From contig JADCCX010000041.1 in assembly GCA_020252485.1 (NCBI GenBank), positions 9,487 to 41,486 of the forward strand: DNA of 32,000 nt, in the 5' to 3' direction. A program made the translations under genes and the position numbers. The stretch is from Methylocystis sp. (GTDB taxonomy: Bacteria; Pseudomonadota; Alphaproteobacteria; Rhizobiales; Beijerinckiaceae). How positions within the stretch are numbered: position 1 is the first letter of the stretch; every line of letters begins with the position of its first letter. This document shows, one piece after another, positions 25,750-32,000 of the stretch. A model generated the notes under the pieces. That model ran no database searches, was not told where the DNA came from, and was given only the letters and a program-made list of their open reading frames with translations.

Positions 25750-26114
25750 TCGTCGAGCCTCGTCAAGGCAGGGCCAACATAGAGCCGGTCGATGGCGTCG
25801 AAGGCGGGCCAGATTTCAAGCAGCTGGTCGATGGTCGCCGGGCTCGGATCGACGGGCTTGCCGTTCGCGTCGCCGACGCCCTCCCAGGCCGCGATGCCGC
25901 TGCGGGCCAGCGAGCGCGTGAAGGCCGCGCCTGCCGCGACGGTGGTGCTCCGGTCGAGCGGCGCGTCGCCCTCGACCTTCGTGCCGAGAGACTCGGCGGC
26001 GACGGCACGGGCGACGAGCATGTCGGCGACAGAGATCGGCCGGAACTGGATGCGCACGCCCGGCAGGATGTCGAGCCAGAACGGATCGCGGGATGGTGTC
26101 GAGAGCTTGAGCAT
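25737..26114 (-). CDS. Tail assembly chaperone (gpG-like, zero-frame product)
   Basis: 125 aa from ATG 26114 (AAGGAG 5 nt upstream). Located immediately upstream of the tape measure gene. It ends ...LDEKNV* across an A AAA AAC slippery site. Confidence 0.75.
   Translation of the reverse strand: MLKLSTPSRDPFWLDILPGVRIQFRPISVADMLVARAVAAESLGTKVEGDAPLDRSTTVAAGAAFTRSLARSGIAAWEGVGDANGKPVDPSPATIDQLLEIWPAFDAIDRLYVGPALTRLDEKNV
25743..25749 (-). promoter_or_regulatory. Slippery heptamer A AAA AAC (X XXY YYZ) for programmed -1 ribosomal frameshifting
   Basis: The minus strand reads GAC GAA AAA AAC GTC TGA in the zero frame. The heptamer sits 2 codons before the chaperone stop, the canonical position for tail chaperone G/GT frameshifts. 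Confidence 0.65.
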
Positions 26115-26225
26115 GGTGGCTCCTTCGGTTTGAGTGTTCATGGGCGACGATAAAGGCCGCTGGGAGCCCAAATTTGGCCCCTGCGCGAGACGGCTGTTCT
26201 GAAGTAATGAAAGATCGCAAGTGTC

Positions 26226-26807
26226 TTGCGAAACGCCGCAAGTGCCGCTCGGAACAGGGACTTTTTTGTGCAGATAACCGCTGGATTTTCAGGTCGTGGA
26301 CAAGCGCTCTCAAGCTTCTACGCCGCGACGTTCACCATCTCGGAAGGGGGTGAGGAAGGTGCGTTGATCGGTAGCCTGGTTCGTGATCTGCTTTCATCGA
26401 CATCGGACGAGGACATCCGCGTCTTCTGTGTTGAGGAAGACAGCCAGATCATCGGCGCAGCAATCTTCACTCGGCTGACCTATCCGGATGACCCGCATGT
26501 CGTGTTCTTGCTTTCGCCGATGGCCGTTGCGTCCGGGCGTCAAAGGAGGGGCATTGGTCAGGCTCTGCTTCGCCACGCTTTGGCAGCCCTGCGCGTTGAA
26601 GGCGTTCAGATTGCCATGACCTATGGAGACCCAGAGTTCTATGGGCGAGTTGGCTTCAGGTCCGTGACCGAAAATCAGGCCCGCGCGCCCCTGCCACTCA
26701 ACCTCCCTCACGGTTGGTTAGGACAGTCGCTGACGGAAGAGGCGATGCCAACTCTTCAAGGACCATCGATCTGCGTCCTTGCGTTGAACAGGAGCGATGT
26801 GTGGTGA
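26226..26807 (+). CDS. GNAT-family N-acetyltransferase (YhbS/COG3153-like), opposite-strand moron
   Basis: Acetyl-CoA motif A (RQRRGIGQALLRHAL) and YGDPEFYGRVGFRSV, typical of small GNATs. The ORF-track start is TTG 26226; in-frame GTG 26268 is an equally plausible start. Confidence 0.8.
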   Translation: MRNAASAARNRDFFVQITAGFSGRGQALSSFYAATFTISEGGEEGALIGSLVRDLLSSTSDEDIRVFCVEEDSQIIGAAIFTRLTYPDDPHVVFLLSPMAVASGRQRRGIGQALLRHALAALRVEGVQIAMTYGDPEFYGRVGFRSVTENQARAPLPLNLPHGWLGQSLTEEAMPTLQGPSICVLALNRSDVW

Positions 26808-26862
26808 CCTGCTCTTCCGGTATGGAAAGCGAAACACAGCTGCTGCCCAGCACGACAATGGC

Positions 26863-28110
26863 TCAATAAGACGCAACGTCATTTGTGAGCACGCAGGTCG
26901 CGGCGCGGTTCAGCACCGGATCGATCGCGGCCTGAAAGGCGAACGGGGCCTGCACGCCGCCCGGCCCCTGGATCTGCCGGTCGCCGCGCGGCAGGAAGAC
27001 CCGGTGCGCTGTCCAGACCAGCGAGGCGGCCGCGCCAGCCGCCCAGCGGAACTGCAGCTCGCAAGGCAGGCGGTTGGTCGCCTGATCGAGAAGGACGCGG
27101 TCCTCGAAGCGGGTGGTGATGTTGCCGGTGAGCGCGATGATGCCCGGATCGGCATCGGCGATGCGCCCGTCGCTTCGGATCACCTCGACCGCTTCGAGGT
27201 TGTTCGAATAGGTGAGTTCCGCCGAGATGACGTTGCCGAGCGCCACGTTGTTGCGGCGGACCTCGCCCTGGAACTGGCCGAAGCGCTCCAGCACGAACTC
27301 GGAGAGCGTGCCGGACTGCGCCGTCGCGGCGATGGTCTCGCCCTGCGCCATGATGTTGAGCGAAGCGGTGAGCAGCCCGGATCGCTGCGCCTGAACCTGG
27401 AAGCTATTGATGCGTGCGCCGTAGTTCATGCCGAAGAAGGGCACATCGGGAAGCTGGACCTCGATCGACATCGAAGGCAGAGCCTGCGCGCCCGAGAACC
27501 AGGTATGGCTGTTGGCGCCGCCCGACAGCGTCGCCCCCGACAAGGTGGCGCGCGTCGGCGCGTTCGTCGCCAGCGTCCGCGCATTGCCGCCCGGTCCCAG
27601 CACCTTCGCGGTCAGGGTGACGACTGCGCCCGCCGCCGCGGCTGCAACGTTCGCGCTCGGATTGATGATTGCGGCGAGCGCGGTGGCGGTGAGCGCCGCC
27701 GTGCCGCCAAGGTTGAACTGCTGGCCCGTCGCGCCAGAAGCGACGGCGGTATAGACCGTGCCATCGACCGTCACCGTGTCGTTGACCAGAAGGTTCGCGT
27801 TCAACGTGATCGTTCCAGTCGCGGCGTTCGCTGCGACTGTCGTCGGCGCGCCCATCAGGCCGCGCAGCCAGACGCCGATGTTGCGCGTATCCACGGGAAC
27901 GACGAGATCGCCCATGTTGGTGATCACGTCATAGACCGGTGTCAGAGGCTCGCGGCCAAAGCCGAGAAGCTCGCTAGCGATCAGGCCCTGCTCCTCGCCG
28001 AGATTGACGGAGGCGAAGGGCATACGGCGAAAGCCGGTGCCGGGCGGTGTGCCATAGGTGCTTTCGAACACGGCGGCGAGAGCCGCGTTCACGCCGCGTG
28101 CGCGAGGCAT
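26863..28110 (-). CDS. Major tail (tube) protein with a large Ala/Thr-rich insertion
   Basis: 415 aa. Its position between the tail terminator-like gene and the chaperone, together with its beta-rich N- and C-terminal parts, fits a tail tube protein. Assigned mainly by synteny. Confidence 0.7.
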   Translation of the reverse strand: MPRARGVNAALAAVFESTYGTPPGTGFRRMPFASVNLGEEQGLIASELLGFGREPLTPVYDVITNMGDLVVPVDTRNIGVWLRGLMGAPTTVAANAATGTITLNANLLVNDTVTVDGTVYTAVASGATGQQFNLGGTAALTATALAAIINPSANVAAAAAGAVVTLTAKVLGPGGNARTLATNAPTRATLSGATLSGGANSHTWFSGAQALPSMSIEVQLPDVPFFGMNYGARINSFQVQAQRSGLLTASLNIMAQGETIAATAQSGTLSEFVLERFGQFQGEVRRNNVALGNVISAELTYSNNLEAVEVIRSDGRIADADPGIIALTGNITTRFEDRVLLDQATNRLPCELQFRWAAGAAASLVWTAHRVFLPRGDRQIQGPGGVQAPFAFQAAIDPVLNRAATCVLTNDVASY

Positions 28111-28207
28111 GGGTCGTTCTCCATGTGATGCAGTTGTAGAGGGCCGAGTGGGGCAGAAACGCCGTCACTCGGTTCCAAAGGCCCGAGCGAAGTCGGAAGG
28201 CCGTCAT

Positions 28208-28648
28208 TCAGTTCAGCGGATCGGCGGTGGCGTAGGTCGCGACGATCACGACATCGGCGAAGCGGCCTGCCTGGCTGCCTGTGGTCTCGATGTCTTCGGA
28301 GTTTGGGGCTTCCGCCTCGATCCAATCGACGAGCCCGCCGAGCCTGCGGTTGGCGATGATCGCCGCACCGATCGCGGCAAGCATGCCGTCGAGCACTTCC
28401 TCGCGGGTGAGCGTCGCGCTTTCAAAGGCGGCGATCTCCACAGGAATGCGATGGGTGTAGAGGTAGGACACCGGCGAGAGCGTAACGTCGGGCTCACCCG
28501 GGTCGCCGTCGCGGATCACGACCAGCCCACCCGGCGGAATACGCTCCGGCTTGGCGAGGTTGCGCTTCACCTCCGCGCCCGGGAGGGCGGAAGCGACCAG
28601 CGCCTTCACCGCGCCGAGGACGGTCTCGCGTTTCGAGGGCATGGACAA
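28208..28648 (-). CDS. Tail terminator / tail completion protein (DUF3168-like)
   Basis: 146 aa located immediately upstream of the tail tube gene. Size and pattern (VLGAVKALVASALPGAEV...VVIRDGDPG...) are consistent with gpU/DUF3168-type proteins. Assigned by synteny. Confidence 0.55.
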   Translation of the reverse strand: MSMPSKRETVLGAVKALVASALPGAEVKRNLAKPERIPPGGLVVIRDGDPGEPDVTLSPVSYLYTHRIPVEIAAFESATLTREEVLDGMLAAIGAAIIANRRLGGLVDWIEAEAPNSEDIETTGSQAGRFADVVIVATYATADPLN

Positions 28649-28655
28649 AGAGCCT

Positions 28656-29288
28656 TCAGGAACGCGGCCAGTGCCGTGCGATCAGGGTCGGCACGCGTAC
28701 GGCTTGCCGCCTGGCGATCGCATCGATGTTGAGCCGCTTGCGCAGCGTGACCTGGGGTACGAGCAGGAACACGATCACGGTTGATTGACCGGTCTTGCGC
28801 CTGTTCGCTGTCGCCAATCCTCGCGTGTTCAGACGGGCCGTATCGGCGACCAGCAGCGAAGGTCCGCGTTTGCGGTAGACGAAGCGCAGCCGCATGCCGG
28901 TGCGCCGTTCCCAGCCGCCGGGCGTGATACGCGACGCACGGCCGTTCTGTCCTCGCCCGCGCGCTCCAGCCGCTGGTGTCGGGATCGCCAGCCAGAAACC
29001 TCGCGCGGATCGGATCGTGACGCCGCGATCGAAGGCGTCGATGAGCTTCGCGGCTTTCGACCAGACGAAGGCTGCGGCCTCCACGCTCTCGCCGACCTCG
29101 GGGAACACCTTGCCCCGCCATGTGCGTGCGAGGCGGTCACCAAGTCCGGACGCAACGACATCCTCGCGCAAGCTCTCCTTCAACTCGGTTGACGCGTCGC
29201 GCATCGCGGAGGTGACGGCACGCTCGATATCCTGCTGTGTGCCCGCCAGCGCCTTGCGCATGTCGGGACTTTCGATGCTGAAGCGCAT
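28656..29288 (-). CDS. Head-tail connector / neck protein (DUF6441-like from memory)
   Basis: 210 aa with ...GLGDRLARTWRGKVFP... and FWLAIPTPAAG motifs, located between the adaptor and terminator genes. Family recalled from memory, not verified. Confidence 0.5.
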   Translation of the reverse strand: MRFSIESPDMRKALAGTQQDIERAVTSAMRDASTELKESLREDVVASGLGDRLARTWRGKVFPEVGESVEAAAFVWSKAAKLIDAFDRGVTIRSARGFWLAIPTPAAGARGRGQNGRASRITPGGWERRTGMRLRFVYRKRGPSLLVADTARLNTRGLATANRRKTGQSTVIVFLLVPQVTLRKRLNIDAIARRQAVRVPTLIARHWPRS

Positions 29289-29292
29289 GGGA

Positions 29293-29607
29293 TCAGACCT
29301 TGACCGCCTCGCAGGTGAGGACGAGCCCCACGGGATCGGATGAGGGCGTCCCGATGACTTTGAAGGCGTCTGCGCCGATCACGACCAGATCACCTTCCTC
29401 GATTGCCGCGGCTTCCGTCCTGCGCAGGTCGATGAGAACGGTCGCCATCAAGGCGCGGGACGCCCCGAACTCGACCACGGCATCCGGGCGGCGGCGGATG
29501 ACGCGGACGGGAACACCCGGGCCGACGCCGCCTGCTTGCCACAGAGCATGCTCGCCAAGGTTCCGATCCGCGAACAGGACGTCGGTGGCGGCGGCGAACA
29601 CGTTCAC
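29293..29607 (-). CDS. Head-tail joining / adaptor protein
   Basis: 104 aa located after the DUF2190 gene. The pattern ...VRVIRRRPDAVVEFG...EEGDLVVIGADAFKVIG... resembles small phage head-tail joining proteins. Confidence 0.5.
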   Translation of the reverse strand: MNVFAAATDVLFADRNLGEHALWQAGGVGPGVPVRVIRRRPDAVVEFGASRALMATVLIDLRRTEAAAIEEGDLVVIGADAFKVIGTPSSDPVGLVLTCEAVKV

Positions 29608-29608
29608 G

Positions 29609-29944
29609 TCAGAAGCTGCCGTTCAGCCGCACACGACCGATCGTATCGTTGGCGCCGCCTGCCACCGGCTCGGTCGCCGCGCCGATCAGGGTGTTCGATG
29701 CGACCACGGTCGTCGCAAGACGGGCGGCGTTGTCCCAATAGATGCGCGCGCCGATGGCCCATGCCTGGGACGGGGCCTTGCGCAGTTCGACGACGCCCTC
29801 GGTGAGGGTTTCGACCTCGGCGTTGATCGCCGCCGATCCGGTCGCGATGCCGAAGATCGCGCCGACCAGAAGTCCGTCGCCGGAGGCGACCGCATAGGGG
29901 GCGGGAAGCGTGATGGTGTTGCCGGGCTGGATGTAGCCGCGCAT
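29609..29944 (-). CDS. DUF2190-family head protein (decoration/cement-like)
   Basis: 111 aa. MRGYIQPGNTITLPAPYAVASGDGLLVGAIFGIA...GVVELRKA...GARIYWD...IGAATEP...VRLNG is the DUF2190 pattern, and the gene directly follows the capsid gene. Confidence 0.75.
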   Translation of the reverse strand: MRGYIQPGNTITLPAPYAVASGDGLLVGAIFGIATGSAAINAEVETLTEGVVELRKAPSQAWAIGARIYWDNAARLATTVVASNTLIGAATEPVAGGANDTIGRVRLNGSF

Positions 29945-29991
29945 GGGACTTCTCCGAATGTGTCAGGTGATGGGGAGCGTTCCGGCGGCGA

Positions 29992-31953
29992 TCACGCGCC
30001 GGGATTGCGATAAAGGCCGCGCCAGTCGATCGCCTTCGCGCCGAAGTCGAGGCGGCACTTGATCTCGACACCGTCGACATCGAAGCCGTTGCGCGTCTCG
30101 ATGTAGGCGCCTTGCTGGCCTTCGAGATAGGCGTACTCGATGGTGTCGATCTGGGCGGGGTTCGCGGCGAGGTACCAGGCTGTGAGGCTCGCGGCGTCGA
30201 GACGAGGCTCGGCGATCGGCGTCAGAGTGCGGATCGAGGACGGGACCACGCTGCCGGTCTGGGCCGGCACCAAGTTCTGCGCCACGAGCTGCTCGGCCGC
30301 GAGTTCGAGCGATGCCGGCACGATGAGGTAGGCGGGCCGGACATTGAGGATCGTCTTCTTGTCGAGGCCGGTCTGCCGGGCCATGGCCGCGCGCGCCGCG
30401 CCGATCGCGGTGACGCTGAGCGCGGTGGCCGGGTTCGCCAGATTGCCGTGGTTTTGGTGGAAAAGCGCGATGGAGTCGCTCATGGCGGCGTTGGCCAGAA
30501 TGATGCCCCAGACCACGTCGCTCTCCAGCGTGGCGATCGCCGTGCCATACATCGCCGGGATACGAGTGAAGGCGTCGAGATCGTCGTTGATGAGGACCTG
30601 CCGGGTGACCGCGACGACGCGCCCATAGGTCTCGACACGGTAGCTCTCGCGCCCTTCGGCGAGGGTGCCGCGCTTGAACTCGCCGCCCTCGTTCACCTTC
30701 ACGAGCTGCGGGGCTTCGCCGAGCTGGACACGATGCATCGCCTTAAAGTCGGTCGCGAGCACCTGCCGGCAGAAGGGAACGTAGGTGCGCGGATAGGCGT
30801 CGTAGGCCTGCCGTAGCGTCTTGCCCGTCACGGCGGCAAGAACCTCGGGGAAGTCCGAGGTGGAATGGAGAGCGCGCGTGGCGATCTCGTCGCGCGACAT
30901 ACCGCGGATATTGACGCCCGAGCTTGAGAGGAACTCGCGGGCGTGCTCCACCAGCGTCATGCCGCGATATTCCCGCGCCGACTCGCTCAGCGGGAAAAGC
31001 GTCGGCGAGTAGCGGTGCAGAAGAGCGTTGGACACGGCGTCACGACGGGTGACGCGTTCATCGCGGCTGCCGAGCGGGATGCTGACCTGAGGCGAGACCC
31101 GCGTCTTCTCGGCGTCGGTCGCGACCTTGTCGAGGATCTCGCTGCGCGCTGCATCGAGCGTGACGCCGCGCTTGACGAGATCGTCGGCGAAGCTGCGCTC
31201 GAGGTGCAGGCGACCGGCAAGATCGTAGATGGTGCCGACACGTTCGCGCTCCTTGTCGCGCGCGCGGGCGGCGATCGTCTCAGCATCGATCACCGGCGCG
31301 CTCGATGCGCGATCCTGCGGTTGAGGCGCGGCCTGGCGCGTCTGCGTTTCGGTGTTGTCAGTCACAGCGTCGTCCATGGCTGCTTTCTCCTTGGATGGAG
31401 CGTCGGCACGGTGGACGACGCAGGGGTAAAGGGGTTCGTCGGCGCGGAAGCCTGCCGCCGGATCAGCGCCGATCGGCACTGCGGAAATCTCGAAGGGCGT
31501 CCAGTCGACCGCGCGCCACAGCTCGGGTGCGCCCGCCTGCTTGGTCACCTCGAAGCGATGGACCTGGTAGCCGATCGAGACCGCACGGATGTGTCCGGCC
31601 TCGACGTCCTTCCAGAGCGGTTCGACTTCGGTCCGGTCGGAGAAGCGGACACGGGCGATGCCGCGTCCGTTCTCGATGCGAGCGCTGCCCGGCACGACCG
31701 AGCCGATGACGCTGTCGAGCACGGAGGCGTCATGCACCTTCAGGAGCGGCGCGCCGGCATTCAGGCGATCGAGCCGGACGGCGCGCGGATCCATCGCCAG
31801 TTCCTCGTCGAACGGATCGCCGAAGAAGGGATTGCGGCGCACGCGCGCGCCTGTGGACCAGACCACGTCGATGGTGCGTTCGGCCGCATCGATCGACGCA
31901 GGCAACAGGTCCGCCGCCCGCGTCAGCGGTGGCAGGTCGATGTTTCGGGTCAT
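29992..31953 (-). CDS. Prohead protease / major capsid protein fusion
   Basis: The N-terminal ~190 aa carry HK97-type prohead protease motifs (LLKVHDAS...VIGSV...GHIRAVSIGYQ). A charged linker/scaffold-like segment follows, then a ~350-aa capsid-like C-terminus ending ...YLEGQQGAYIETRNGFDVDGVEIKCRLDFGAKAIDWRGLYRNPGA. ATG 31953 is preferred over the ORF-track TTG 31959. Confidence 0.82.
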   Translation of the reverse strand: MTRNIDLPPLTRAADLLPASIDAAERTIDVVWSTGARVRRNPFFGDPFDEELAMDPRAVRLDRLNAGAPLLKVHDASVLDSVIGSVVPGSARIENGRGIARVRFSDRTEVEPLWKDVEAGHIRAVSIGYQVHRFEVTKQAGAPELWRAVDWTPFEISAVPIGADPAAGFRADEPLYPCVVHRADAPSKEKAAMDDAVTDNTETQTRQAAPQPQDRASSAPVIDAETIAARARDKERERVGTIYDLAGRLHLERSFADDLVKRGVTLDAARSEILDKVATDAEKTRVSPQVSIPLGSRDERVTRRDAVSNALLHRYSPTLFPLSESAREYRGMTLVEHAREFLSSSGVNIRGMSRDEIATRALHSTSDFPEVLAAVTGKTLRQAYDAYPRTYVPFCRQVLATDFKAMHRVQLGEAPQLVKVNEGGEFKRGTLAEGRESYRVETYGRVVAVTRQVLINDDLDAFTRIPAMYGTAIATLESDVVWGIILANAAMSDSIALFHQNHGNLANPATALSVTAIGAARAAMARQTGLDKKTILNVRPAYLIVPASLELAAEQLVAQNLVPAQTGSVVPSSIRTLTPIAEPRLDAASLTAWYLAANPAQIDTIEYAYLEGQQGAYIETRNGFDVDGVEIKCRLDFGAKAIDWRGLYRNPGA

Positions 31954-32000
31954 GGGCAAAAGCTCAGGTGTCGGGATTGATGGGTTGGCCGGTCGTTTCA

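Larger units (their letters stand above)
8832..32000 (-). mobile_element. Prophage late region (head, tail, lysis modules) of a siphovirus-like element, incomplete at the right edge
   Basis: Uninterrupted minus-strand array of recognisable virion and lysis genes with overlapping stop/start codons. It begins 1 nt beyond the stop of the host ABC ATPase gene. Portal, terminase, integrase and immunity genes are not in the window. Confidence 0.85.

Noticed and set aside
8832-32000. Annotating the whole cluster as a gene transfer agent (RcGTA-type).
   Set aside because: Only the tail-tip module is GTA-like. The fused protease-capsid, the 1118-aa tape measure, the fibre-like gene and the in-cis lysis cassette fit a prophage better. 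This cannot be settled without the rest of the element.

Overview
High-GC (about 65-70% by eye) alphaproteobacterial, Rhizobiales-like chromosome segment in two parts. (1) 1-8830 is a metal-homeostasis locus. A Fur/Zur-family regulator operon sits on the minus strand: regulator, a DUF2946-like His/Cys-rich membrane protein, and a truncated secreted protein. It diverges from a tightly coupled plus-strand operon: COG0523/CobW-type GTPase, DUF1636, family-5 (NikA/DppA-like) substrate-binding protein, an embedded EamA/DMT transporter, two permeases and a fused double ATPase. A perfect 17-bp AT-rich palindrome lies in the divergent promoter. (2) 8832-32000 is the late (head, tail, lysis) region of a siphovirus-like prophage, almost entirely on the minus strand and continuing past the right edge. 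In transcription order it encodes: prohead protease/major capsid fusion, DUF2190 protein, connector proteins, a large tail tube protein, a tail chaperone with a -1 frameshift site, a 1118-aa tape measure, and an RcGTA-like tail-tip module (DUF2460, DUF2163, NlpC/P60, a stand-alone copy of the g15 N-terminal module, a 1273-aa g15-like protein, DUF2793). These are followed by a 737-aa fibre-like protein and a lysis cassette (endolysin, holin, overlapped i-/o-spanins). Two cargo insertions interrupt the structural operon. The first is a low-GC 2.15-kb island between the distal-tail and hub genes, carrying an orphan HEXXH protein and a convergent 82-aa ORF; this is my best candidate for an undescribed prophage-borne conflict/defence module. 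The second is an opposite-strand GNAT acetyltransferase between the tail tube and chaperone genes. I saw no rRNA, tRNA, CRISPR array, transposase or integrase. All family assignments come from motif recognition by eye, not database searches.
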